A program made the position numbers and the translations under genes. A DNA stretch of 58,024 nucleotides, taken from the NCBI GenBank assembly GCA_009602735.1, contig WELA01003208.1, positions 327,230 through 385,253 of the forward strand. The letters run 5' to 3'. Positions 1 to 12,983 of the stretch are shown here, piece after piece; within the stretch, counting starts at the first letter, position 1; each line of letters opens with the position of its first letter. The notes under the pieces are model-generated. The model had not been told where the DNA came from and made no database searches. It worked only from the letters and a program-made list of their open reading frames with translations. The stretch comes from Mesotaenium endlicherianum. Its lineage: Eukaryota.

Positions 1-17
1 CAGAGCGATGGACTCAC

Positions 18-324
18 ACGACTGCTTTCAAAACTTGCCAGCAATATGAAACGCAGGAAGGCGACGACAGCGCCAACAACTAGGAGAGATCAAGGGAGAA
101 AAGAGGAGGAGGAGGAGAATGACCAGAAACAAAGCCAGAAAAATGAAGAGAAAGAGGGAGAGGGGGAGGGAGAGGGAGAGGGAGAGTGACCTGGAGAAAC
201 CCTCGCTTGAGCGCCACATTCATCAGCTCCTGCTGCTGCTGCTGCTGCTGCGTGTAACGTGGGGAGGGCCAGCTCCGCGAGACTCGGTTGAGCACCATGT
301 GTGCAAACAGCACGAGTGTGCCCC
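18..324 (-). other. Possible exons of an unidentified gene running off the left edge
   Basis: Minus-strand segment ~324-191 (GTLVLFAHMVLNRVSRSWP..QQQ..ELMNVALKRGFLQ) ends at a GT donor. A pyrimidine-rich intron ending CTCCTAG leads to segment 79-18 (LLALSSPSCVSYCWQVLKAV), followed by GTGAGT. Phases are compatible; no family recognised. Confidence 0.3.
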
Positions 325-1540
325 CTTCACCCAGGCAACACGGGCCCCGAGCTACTTTTCCCCCACCCCCACCAGGGCAGCCGAAACCCCAGCCCTTCTG
401 CGACGTGTCAGCGCGAGGATGTATCGGCGCTGCATGCACGCATCATGCTGCACGCGTGCTGCACAGGTGGACACAGGCGGGCGGGCAGGAGGTAACTAGG
501 GGTAGGTGAGTGGATAGGTAGGTAGGTAGGTTTGTAGGTAGGGTCAGACGTGAGCGCGACAGGGGCAGACAGGTGAACAGAGATGCGTGCAGCAGAGGCA
601 GGTGTGTCAGTAGATGGGGACACGTGCACATCACCCAGACAGCCGCGCCAGGTGCTCCAGGCAGAAGGGGAAGGAGGGGAGGGAGGGGGGGGGCTGCTCC
701 AGGCCCTTCCCTCTTCTCCCTCCCTTCCCCTTTCCACTCCCCTTCCCCTCGTTGGCAGCTGTGCCCTGCTGGGTCCACTGCTGCGCAGGTGTTTAGATAT
801 CTTTTACGGTTTGAGGAGCAGGGCCTAGGGATTTAAATCCTGGCTTTAGGATTTGGCCTCATGCGCATATGCCTGGAGGTAGACATGTGGAATGGGAGCA
901 AGGAGTGTCGACACGGACGGAGATACAACGAGCGAGGGTGTAGCAAGTGAGGGTGCTCACTATCATGGACATGCACATGGGAGTGCACGCGCGCGGGCGT
1001 GCCATAGTGCCATTGGAAGGGAATGTTGCTAGGAGCTGGAGACAGAGACATGTTAAGAGGAGGTGAGAAGGTGTTGCATCAAATGTGAGATTTGTACCAG
1101 TGTAATCAAACTAATTGGATGTCCAAACAGTATTTGCATTAATGAAACTCTGATTTCTACTCACCAATAATCATTACCTTACTATCAATTTCCATTTGCA
1201 CTTCATTTTCAGCGTCAATCACATGCCAATAAACCTTAAAATATACACAAAAATTCCATACAATTATGCAAATCAGACAGGCATCAAACATTCACGTAAA
1301 AAGTATCGGATGAATGAAATTTCTTATAAATGGCTTTCGAAACCACTGAAGTAGTTTCTACCTTATCTTGGCTTCAGAAACTACCACCATAATTTCTGCC
1401 TTATTTATCAAAAAAAATGAATGATATGAGATGCTTTCTATAAAGTACACTGATGATCCACTTATGGTACAATACTTTTCTATCCATTCACTATCCATAG
1501 CTCACTATCGAGCCGTTTGGCTAGTATGTGATAGAGTTGC

Positions 1541-3549
1541 TCAGAAGAAGGGGCGGCCAGCAAACTGCTCGAAGGCGAGGAGACCAGCAAAGCCAATCAT
1601 GGCAATACGGCCGTTCCACCTCTCAGCCTGCGCTGTGAAAGGGCCATTCCTGCAAGACACATCACCAACAACATTTGTTAGTCATCAATAATCCCTTCCC
1701 CCAAAAGACCTACAGTCAGTTCCCTTTGTTATACTTCCACCAGGAACTCTGTAATTCATACAGTAGAGTGAAAATGCTCTGAACGGTTCAGAATTTCCAT
1801 GTCAAGCTTAATATATTGCATTGGTTGCCTTCATACAAAACAATATGAGAGCCGAGATTGTAGCCTTACTTGCGGCTGTCCGGGCTCTCTCCCTGGAAGA
1901 TGGGGATGAGGGAAGCAATGATGGTGATGTTGGTGGCAATGGCCAGCCAGTAGAATCCGTTGCTGTTTGATGCCGTCACCTGGTCCACAATCCTCAGGCC
2001 AGAGACCTTCTCGGCAACAAGGGCCCATGCGCATCCGAGCATAGCCTGCAACACATCACAGACAGGTCCTCTAGTATCAGTTCCAGCCCCCCTGCATGAG
2101 CCCCTTATATCTGAAGCAACACCCCCACAGGAGAAAAGAAGCACAGTGCTCTCCAATTTGAGAACGAAGGCAAAACACTACAATAGACTCTCCAGGAAAT
2201 GCGATACTTTGTGCCACGGTTTGTGCCACTATCATGATTACACAAAGACAATACTCCTAGTTCAGGGACACATGAGCAAAAAGACTCAAATCGAGGACAT
2301 GCCATGTCCATGAGTAGATAGATCACAGGGGATGACGACGTACCAGGCGGCCGTTAATGGTCTCGGGGCCGGGGCCATCAAAGGACATGATGGATCCAAA
2401 GGATGTGTTGCCGGTCTCAGGGCGTCTCTCGGACTCAGTGCGGGGGTAGGGGGACCCGCTCACTGGCTTGGTTCCGAACACAGACTTGGTCTCTGAGTTG
2501 TTCTCAGCCTCATTCTTCTTCACATCAGCCTCAGTGACGTCAACCTTGGTGCCAGAGACGGCGTCCTTGACCTGTTCAACAGGAAGATGCTTGGTCAGTC
2601 GTCAATATCCACCATAATCAGAAGTCTGGTTTGTGAATTTCTGGGTAGTAGAATTTCGAATTTGGAACTATGTAGCTCGATGATGAAGGCTTCAAAATAA
2701 TTCTGGAAGATCACAGAAGACATGTCTGTGATAAGCTTCTTCCGTTGCCCCTACCAATATGCTATCCCAGGTACCACTAAATGCATGTTTCAAAAGTTTG
2801 TCACTTTCCTATTGCCACTACCCTCTATACCACCAGTTGTACAACTGACATGTCCACCCATGCAACACAAGTCTTGATCATCTACCACTGGTGAAGACAC
2901 TCCAGGAGTTCTGGCCATTACCAAACAACACTTACGCGGGATACCCAATTACAAGCCTTCCCCTCACTGTCATTACTATTTCCTTTGCGACTTCAAGTTC
3001 ACACGTTTGAGGTAAAAGTCAAAGAAGTGCAATGCCCACAAAACTGCACAGGAAAAAGATATGTATAGATAATACACATTTACTTGGCTCACATAAAAAT
3101 GTGTATCTCAAAGCAGTACCTGTCCCAAGGGGTCGTTCTGAGCTTGGCAGCGCACTCCCTTGAGCCTCAGGCTGCGCGAAGGTGCTGCGAAGGAGACTGT
3201 AGGCCTGTTGACACTCATCCAACCAGCACTCACGAGTCAGCACATTGAAAGCTGAATTATCATCTGATTAGCCCTACCAAGATCTCGTAGGAAGACAATC
3301 AGCAACTGACTTTTGTACAGAGATGGAAGGATCTGATTGATTGGAGTAGACATTCTCAGTCTATTTCAGTGAGTATGAAACACGGAGCTACATAATAATC
3401 TCATTTCATGTGCCAGATCAAGCGCTTTTGCGACCAGTATCAGTTGTTTACACGTCTACTAACCTGGAAGACACAGAAGCGGATGAGCTCAAGTGCTCCA
3501 AGCTAAGCCTGGCAATGGTGGGGCTGGAGAGAGCTGCGATGGCGGCCAT
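1541..3549 (-). CDS. ELIP: Early light-induced protein (ELIP, three-helix LHC-like), chloroplast precursor, 227 aa
   Basis: Exons 3549-3464, 3204-3120, 2571-2344, 2045-1870 and 1649-1541 are all GT-AG and total 684 nt in frame. Transit peptide MAAIAALSSPTIARLSL..VRCQA. Two LHC motifs: FDGPGPETINGRLAMLG and AERWNGRIAMIGFAGLL. Confidence 0.95.
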
Positions 3550-3662
3550 ATTTGCTACTTGAAAGAAGTCTTAGTGTAAATTGGAAGACGAGTGCTCTGA
3601 ATAATGTATGCTGAGATGAATGTCTTTAGAAAGCGAATGGTCTTCCAGATCGACGGGCAATA

Positions 3663-3669
3663 TTATATA
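3663..3669 (-). promoter_or_regulatory. Putative TATA box of ELIP
   Basis: TATATAA on the minus strand ~115 nt upstream of the ELIP ATG. ACGT cores (~3845, ~3868) and one GCCAC (3815) lie further upstream. Confidence 0.4.
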
Positions 3670-4342
3670 CTTCAAGAAGAGTTAGCGTCTGCTCCTTTCT
3701 GGTGTGAGCAGTCTGCCCCAGTCTGCCAACTTGTCTTCGTTGACAACTTGCCAAGTAAGCACCTTAACCGCATGTGCTTCTCGCCTCTCATTTGACCGTA
3801 TCTGACCACATACTGCCACGCGAGACATTAATGTAGCCATGACTACGTATATCTCTAGGTGCTCTCCACGTCTACTTACTTATGTATTGTTCCATACCAC
3901 TTCATACGGTCATGTTTCGAGCGCTGTATTGAAGTTGGCACGGAGCAACACTTGTGCATACAGGAGGGCTTCTGCAATTCGAGCATTATGTCCTTACAGG
4001 TGTCTGGTATGACATCCTGCTCCATGGTGCTGGATGGTGCTGGATGAGGTCGTAGAAGAAAGGTCCATGATCGATCACTCTCGTCCAGCTTTTGTCGAAC
4101 AATAAAATTTAAGAGACGTTGGCGGAGAAGAGAAACGTCCAGACGATCAGCTTTCTGACGGTACATGTACAACTTGCACGCGTGCTGACGACATAAAACT
4201 TCAAATTTGAGCAAGCGCTCAATATGAAGTTTGAAAATGAGGGAATGCACAAAAGTGAAAAGTTTACCAGAGTTCACTTCCCTCAATTGAACCCAGCAGC
4301 TCTTTCTGAAGACAAGCAGCTCTCGAGAGCTGCTCCTACTTA

Positions 4343-4865
4343 AGTAAGAAACTCTCACAATTCATGCAAGGCACAAACAAAGTGCATAGTTGACGACTCA
4401 CCCACCCACCAAGTAGAACAGACGAAATAGAGACCTAAAGTAGATTACTAAGCAGTGAGATAAGAAATTTCAGAGAGGTGTTCTATCACAGTTAAGAGTC
4501 AGTGAAGCTAAAGAGAATAAGGATACATCACATTAGTATAGAGTAGGATAAAACCAGAGGTAGAGGAACAGTCGACATTTTCGCAACGCGCGGATATACT
4601 ATAGAGTATATAGCGTTATTACATAAGGTTACTATAGGACAAAAATCCTAATAGAGTAGCCTACGCGAACTCAGCTTGCATTTGTACCCTCACATTTGTA
4701 CCCTCAGCCTATTGTGATTCTATATGTCACATCCTTCTTATTCTATACTTTCTCTACTATATCTACTACTCTATCTCTTAATTCAATTCTACTCACTTGC
4801 ACATTCACTGAGTTCAAACCTACCACGCTATCTCAGCAGTACTAGGATCGTCATGTCCCGTAACT
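4343..4865 (+). mobile_element. Old solo-LTR-like element related to 52901-53410
   Basis: Shares colinear motifs with 52901-53410 (acaaagtg..cacccacc; agtataga/gcataggataa.acca; acgcgcg..atac; ctcacttgc) and has a similar length. Termini are degenerate, no TSD was found, and boundaries are approximate. Confidence 0.4.
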
Positions 4866-5111
4866 GTACAAAAAGTAACTATAAAACGGCAAACACTTAC
4901 CCACACTTTCCCATGTCAAATGATACGTTTCAAAAAAAAAGTGCCTTCTCTTGTGTGATTGTCACCGTTTATAACATTGAGTTGTGATGAGGAACTTGTC
5001 CTGAAGGCTTGAACCAAAGATCTCATGTGAACCTCCATTGAAGCCTTATTGAAAGAAGTAGCACACTGAAGGAGTATAAGCTTTGATTTCATATAAGCAA
5101 TGTTTCTGCTT

Positions 5112-5224
5112 AAACCCAAAGGAACATGCAGGTTGTACTTAAACCCCAGGGACAGGCTAGTCGTGCTCAAACCCCAAGGTCAGGCTGGTTGTGCTTGAAC
5201 GCCAGGGACAGGCTGGTCATGCTT
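5112..5224. repeat. ~28-bp degenerate tandem repeat, ~4 copies
   Basis: Units aaaccccagggacaggctagtcgtgctc / aaaccccaaggtcaggctggttgtgctt / gaacgccagggacaggctggtcatgctt, plus a weaker upstream unit. Confidence 0.7.
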
Positions 5225-7954
5225 GCCCAAGAGATCTATCTCTTTCATGGTGGCCCGGGAGTTGGTAGGTGTCTACTTGCAGACCACTTCAGGCTTTGGG
5301 GTCTGGGGTTCAAGGTTTTGATAAACTGCAGGAGAGGAACTGGTGACTGGGGCCCACGTCCAGTCTACAGAGGTTCCGGTTTCAGGTTTAGGATGTCTGC
5401 GTGTAGGGAATGGTCTCGCTGTGGGAGTGGGCTCACACAGCCCCAGGGAGGAGCTCCTAGGGGTTTATGTTTGAGCTGGGCCTGCGGTCCGGGCTTCAGG
5501 TTTTTTGGGTTTAGTGTCCCCCCGTGGGTATGAATTATCATGCAGCAGGCAGGGCTTGTCATGCAGAGACTTATATGGCTGTGCAGGAGCTCAGAGTTTT
5601 GCAGGGGGGCTTAGGACCTGTCAAGCCACATCACGGCAGGGATTTAGGGTTTGTCATGTGGAAGTGAAGGATGGCTCTTGTTGTCTATAGCTGCCGCTGG
5701 GTGTAGATAGCTTCTCGAGGTTTAGAGATTAGGGTTTGAGCTCGGGGTTAAGGGCCGATCGATTCGGGCTTCCCTCTTAGAGCCGCTCCCTTCGTCGGCC
5801 GGCGAGCCCTCTCAGACCGAAACTGGCTCGCACCGCCAGGCTCATAAACCCTAAACCCTGTAGACTCCCCTTACAGCGGGGTTTTTGGAGCTTTGGATTC
5901 GAGTTCAAAGCCTCATACAAGTCGCTCTCTCTCTCGCTTAGCTTGGCACCCAGTAATGACAGTTTCTCAATCGTTGTAAGCGTTAATTTCTCAGCCCTAA
6001 CCCTTGAAGCCCTAACGCCTATAAACCCCCGAACCTAAGACCCCTTGAGTTCTGAGGCCTACATGGCCTACAGCCCCTGGCCTGACCTCTCTGAATTTTG
6101 ATTCAAAACCGCAACCCTAAATGCAAAACCTTGAACCGGCCCCGAAGTGCTAGCGATCTTGTTTGAGTCATTTCCCAAGAGGGCCGCGAAGTCTTCTGAA
6201 GTGCACTCGCCCCACGCCCTAAATCCCAACCCCAAAACCCCAAGCCCGGCGCCTCCCATGAACCCTAAGTTCGATAAACCCCGCACTGCTAGTCTTAATT
6301 ACGACCTTGTGGCGCCATATTAACGTTGTTTGAAGTTTCAGTTTCAAAATCTTTCTGGGATCCTTCTCTGGCCCGGGCTGCCCTCGCTTGCCACTGCAAT
6401 TACACATGCGCCACTCACACTCGCATGCATGCGCACAAGCACACACACACACACGCACATGTGGATGCGCACATGCGTATGTGCGCACGCGCACACTTTC
6501 AAGCTAGCTAGCTCACTCACGCACACGCATGCGTACCCGAGACGTCGAAGTCTAAGGAAGCAACTGAGTGTCCTTGCTTGTGCCTGCGTGCACCATATGC
6601 CTGCATGTGCGCATGCGTGCGCTTGCGCGTACGTGCGCATGTGCGTGCATGCGTGCGTATGTGCGTGCATTCATGCATGCGCAGCAGCGGCAGCAGCGGC
6701 GGCGGCATCAGCAGCGGCAGCAGCGGCGGCAGCAACAGCGGCAGCGGCAGCCGGTCTGATCATGCTGAGGCAGGCAGCAAAGCTCACAGCAGCGACAGCC
6801 CAACTCACGACAACGACATCGCGCCACGCGTCCCAGAAGCTTCTCATTCTCGCAGAGCTGCCCCCCCTCCTCCAGCGCCGGCACCCTCTCTGCCCCCGCT
6901 CCTCCTCGGCACCGCACGCTTCTTCTCCTTCTCCTTCCCGCTCTTATGCCGCCCTCCGCCCCTCGGCGCGCTGCCCCCCCTTCCCCCCCTCCTCCTCCTC
7001 CTCCTCCTCCGCCTCCTCCTCCTTCTCCTCCCCTTCCTTAGCCTCGTTTCGCTCTTCTGCCAACGAGATCACTAGTGCAAGCGCGAGCGTGAGTGCGCTA
7101 GCGAGGCCAGCGAGGCATACGAGTCGAGCTATGGCGGCCGCTGTCATTCAAGCGTGGGCCTCTGCTGCCGCCGTCGTCGCCAGCACATCTCCGCTCCAAG
7201 CCAGCCTGCCAGGTGGCGCCGCAGGAAGGCTGGTCGATGGCAGCGCAGCAGGGCGGGGCGCCAGGTGGCGCCCAGCGGTGGGAGGGGCATTGGCTGGCAG
7301 CCGCGGGGACCGCCACCGCCTCCGCCAGCTGTCAACAAGCAGCGGCGGCGGCGGCGGCGACGGCGGTGCACGGGGGAGGGGGAGTCTTGCTGTCCACCTC
7401 CTCCTCCTTGTCAATCTCCTGCTCCCCCTCCTCCTCCGCCTCCGCCACCTGGCACCAGAACAGAGCCCTGCGCATTGCCCCCCTGTTCTCTTCGGCGCCC
7501 GCCAGCAGCAGCTGGGTCTACATGGGGGGCTTCCCCAAAAACCCGGAAGAGGGCGGGGAGAGGAGGAGGAAGGCCGCAAGCCCTGCCAGCTCTGCAAGCG
7601 CTAGCCCTAGCTTTGCCAGGTGGCAGCGGCAACGGCAACGGCACCAGCCGGATTGGCAACGACGTCAGCAGGATAAGCAGCGCCAGCAGCAGCAGCAGCG
7701 GCGGCGTAGTGGCAGGGGCAGCAGCGGAAGCGGCAGCAGCACCGCCACTGCTGCCGCCAGCCAGAACGGCAGCGGCAGCGGCGGCGGCGGCGATTCCGAC
7801 GACGACGAAGGCAGCCGCAGCAGCAGCAGCAGCGCCGCCGGCGGCGGCGCCAGCGGCCGCAACAGCAGCAAGAGCGGCACCAACGGCAGCAAAGACGGCA
7901 GCAGCAGCAGCGCCACGGCCGCCACCACCAGCGGCAGCAGCGGTAGCGCAATTT

Positions 7955-7987
<33 letters not shown>

Positions 7988-8226
7988 CCACCACCAGCGG
8001 CAGCACCAGCGGCGCCAACGGCAGCAGCGGCAACGGCGGCGGCAGCGGTGACGAGAGCGACGCGGCGGCGCGCGCAGCGCAGGGGTCGGACACGCGCGTG
8101 ATGCCGGTGAAGCTGCGCGCGGAGGCGGAGAGCTCCTACCTCGCCTACGCCATGTCCGTCATCGTGGGGCGCGCACTGCCCGACGTGCGCGACAGCCTCA
8201 AGCCCATGCACCGCCGCATCCTGTAC

Positions 8227-8380
8227 ACCCTAACCCTAACCGTACTCTTAACCCTAACCCTAACCCGAGTCCTAGCCCTAACCCTACCCTAACTTAAACC
8301 CTAACCCCAATTTTAGGCCTAACCCTATCCTAACCCTGGCCCTAGTCCTAAACAAATCTTAGGCCTGACCCTAACCCTAA
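8227..8380. repeat. Degenerate (CCCTAA)n telomere-like tract directly after the gyrA exon 1 donor
   Basis: Repeated accctaaccctaa/ccctag units. Similar tracts occur at ~14240-14345, ~15345-15506 (TTAGGG orientation), ~17960-18160 and ~21725-21800. Confidence 0.8.
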
Positions 8381-10777
8381 ATCATCAGCTCCAAGATGCC
8401 GCGTGCCGTACAGCTGCCGGCCTTTTGCCGGCCTGCCTGCCTGCCTGCTTGTGCCCGAAACCCTAGAGCTTGCGCGTGGGAGTCGTAGTTCGGAGACCTA
8501 ATTGCATGAACCTTGCACTCGACACCTGCCTGCCCGTACCCCGAACCCCCGAGCGCGGAATCTACCGCCGCAATGAATTCAAAACCTTAAATTTCAAAGC
8601 CTACACCCCTAGCTCTGCCTGGTGCACGAGGAGACCGCAGGCCACAGGCCATAAGCAATAAGCCCTAAACCCTAAATCCGAAACCTTAAATCCTAACCTC
8701 TGCATCGCCTGCAAGCAGCGCCTCCTCAGTGCCGTAAGTAGTAGCACCTGCTGTCAGGTCACGGGGGCCTCCCGGCCGGGCGGCGCCGCGTCCCGCACCG
8801 CCGCCCGCCTGCGTGCGCTCCCCAAGCCCAGCCGTACGCGGGCGTTGTGAGAGTTGCAGGCCCCGGACAGGCACTGGGTAGGGGTGTTGTTATTATGACA
8901 CCAAGCTCTTACTTTAAACCCAAAACTTGAGGCGTAGGTCAAGAAAGACGAGCTCTGACCTGGATGTGGACACGAGGACTGAGCGTTGACCCTGACCTGT
9001 GATTCCTTTCTTTTTGGAACCTCTGGGAGCCCCGTTGGAGGCTCCCGACGCTGTCAGGCCTGGGCATTGCATGCGTGTGTGCGTGCGTCTGTGAGTATGT
9101 GCACGCATATGTGTGCATGTGCGTGCGTGCACAACACGTGCACGTGCGTGCGTACGAGTGGGCACGTGTGTGTGTGTTGGGTGGGGGGGGCGGGGGGGGG
9201 GGCGTATCAATCTCAGTCAAATGTGCAAGTTTGTGGGGACAACACAGAGAGGTAAGAAATTTGTGTGATTTCTTGTTCTCGGTACCTTTTGCCCGGCTTT
9301 TGCAGGCAGGTTTGCAATGCATAAGCTGCGCTGGGCTGGGCTTAGCCTCCAAAAAGTGATGCGCATTTGTTGTTCCCGTTGGGGTCTGCCCGTTCTGCCC
9401 GTTGTTTGCGGGCAGGTTTGCGATGCACGAGCTGGGCCTGGCCTTAAAAAAGCCGTTCAAAAAATGCGCCCGCGTCGTCGGCGAGGTGAGAGAAGTCACT
9501 CCGCTCTTCCCTTCAGTGTGCAATTTATTCACCCGTTTGTTGTGCGCGGAGGAAGGGGTGCTATTCCAAGGCTGTTTTGGGTTCAGGGTTTAAGGTTTGG
9601 GGTGACGATTTTGGATTTAGGGTTAGAGGTCAAATGACTGACAACACTCGCCTTGTTTTTGTTTAGTTTATTCTTCTTCTTTTTCTTCAAAGTGTAACAA
9701 TCTGCTCGCCTGCTATGCTTGCGCGTATGGGATCTTGACACCTGGCGCCGCACTGACTCTGCAATGTTGGTCTGCCAAAAGCCCGCCAAGGAGCTCGCTT
9801 GCCGATGCTTTGCCCTTCAGTCTTCCCTCACTGACTTAAGTGACGGCAATGCTACAATCGTCATGCTCAACCTTATAACCTTATGGCCCACAATGTTGTC
9901 AACTCTACTAACATAGTTGTACCAATATAGTTTCACTAGTCATGGGTGAACAGCATGAAGGATTTTATTGGAATCAACAATTTTGCTCCCCCTCTCCCCC
10001 CCTCTCCCCCCCCCNNNNNNNNNNNNNNNNNNNNNNNNNNNNNNNNNNNNNNNNNNNNNNNNNNNNNNNNNNNNNNNNNNNNNNNNNNNNNNNNNNNNNN
10101 NNNNNNNNNNNNNNNNNNNNNNNCCCCCAAAAATGCTTCTTCTGACGCGCAGGTGTTGGGAAATTACCACCCGCACGGAGACACCGCCGTCTACGACACG
10201 CTCGTGCGCATGGCGCAGGTAGGCGCCGCCACGTGTCACTCCCTGGGCCCCCCCGGGTCCTCACAAAAGACCCTGACCCAGTCTTTGGGCCGCGCCCACC
10301 CCCTCCACCCGTGCTTTTCGACTCTTCCCCTTTTTTTTTCTTTTCCCTTTTTTTTAAAACAGAAAATTTTATTTTCTGTGAGAGAGGAGAAGGGCACCTT
10401 TGCACTTTCCGCAGGTGCAACTCTGATTCCTTTTTTTTCCAGAGAAAGGGGGTTGCATTTTGCTTCTCGTCCAACTCTCAAAAGACCAGCTCTGATGTGC
10501 GGCCTGTGGCGCGTCAATCCGAGTGTGTAGCATGGACCCTAATGGCGCATGACCCTTAGTTGTCGTGACCTCTTGAGTGTCCGTACTTCAAGTTACATAA
10601 TGTTAGAGAATGTATACATATATGTGTATGTCTATGTGTATGTATATGTATATGTATGTATATATATGTACGGACATGTATTTATATATCAACCCGGGCA
10701 AAATGGACCCTGATATGCTCGGAGGTCTATGTATAAGCATTACAAGACTGCATATGAGTTATGTTGCACCCAGCATG

Positions 10778-10820
<43 letters not shown>

Positions 10821-10966
10821 ATGTGGGTGTATACGTATATTCACGTATACATGAGTGAATATTCATATCAGTACATATATGTATACATACATATACAAAC
10901 ACATTTATGGATATCAACAAAAACATATATATATATGTGTATATGTACTGAGTGATTACCACCTGG

Positions 10967-11003
<37 letters not shown>

Positions 11004-11622
11004 GCATGTATGTATATGTTTGTATATATAGATGTACACACGTACATATATACATAATGTATGCATAAATATACTGGGTAAACAAGAGCTGGAAGAGCGC
11101 ATGGAGGCTCCCTGCTGGGCTACTTGATCTAGATTTTTCATTCTCTCGACTCACTCTCACCTCCGCCACCACCACCGCCACCACCGCCACCACCACTGCC
11201 ATTGCCACCGCCACCCTCACTGCCACCACCGGCACCGCCGTTACTGATGGCATGGTTTACTGGCAGGGGTAAATCTCAGTCGTCAGAGTGCGTCGTGAGA
11301 AAGTGCCGTGCGAATAAACAATGTCTCTTGCGCTCAAGTGCGTGTCCGGGTGGGTACCACGCACCCCCCCCCCCCCCNNNNNNNNNNNNNNNNNNNNNNN
11401 NNNNNNNNNNNNNNNNNNNNNNNNNNNNNNNNNNNNNNNNNNNNNNNNNNNNNNNNNNNNNNNNNNNNNNNNNNNNNNNNNNNNNNNNNNNNNNNNNNNN
11501 NNNNNNNNNNNNNNNNNNNNNNNNNNNNNNNNNNNNNNNNNNNNNNNNNNNNNNNNNNNNNNNNNNNNNNNNNNNNNNNNNNNNNNNNNNNCCCCCCGCC
11601 CCCCCCCCGGGGGGTCATTTGA

Positions 11623-12300
<678 letters not shown>

Positions 12301-12950
12301 TAATGTCTTCTGAATCCTAAATTTGACGTCTTTTTCACTGTCTTCTTCTTTGCTCCCTATTGCTCCCAATTGCTCCCTATTGCTCCGTATGGCTTCCTAA
12401 GTATCGCCGGCATACTTCGAGTATGCGTACAAATCTTCACTTAATCTATAGCGTGTTTTGCGTGTTTTGTTCTTTTAGTTCTACTTTGCAGAGAGCATGT
12501 CATGTGTTCTTGATATTCTTCCCTTTCTATGTGGATTTGGCTCGTCGGAAATGAAAGCAATGCCGAGCACATCAAATGCAGCTACAGCTGAAGCGATGGG
12601 GAGGTGTCGCATTGGAGTCCTTCGCAGCAGGGCGTGCTTGCTTGCACGCGCGCTCATGGTGGTTCTTACTGGTCCCCTTCACCTTTCAGTGTACTACGAG
12701 CCGGTAGGAGTATTCATACGGAGTTTGGGCCAACTTTACATCCGCACTCTCGTGTACTGTGACTGTGCACGCGCATGACGTGGCAAGAGCGTGTGATGTG
12801 TGCGCGTGTGTGTACATGCCCGTGCATGTGTGTGCACGTGTATGCATCAGTGTAAGGGTATGAGCGTACAGTCATGTGTATTTTCCATGAGGACGTCTAA
12901 ATGTGAAATGGATTTGCGTGTACTGTGTCAAGGTGGCATGCACCACACAT

Positions 12951-12983
<33 letters not shown>

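Noticed and set aside
7154..8211. Overlapping Ala-rich ORFs on both strands
   Set aside because: Alternative frames of the GCA/GGC triplet repeats in gyrA exon 1.
10153..10218. Thr at the GyrA Ser83-equivalent position as a quinolone-resistance allele
   Set aside because: [10 protein letters not shown] is the usual plant GyrA sequence.
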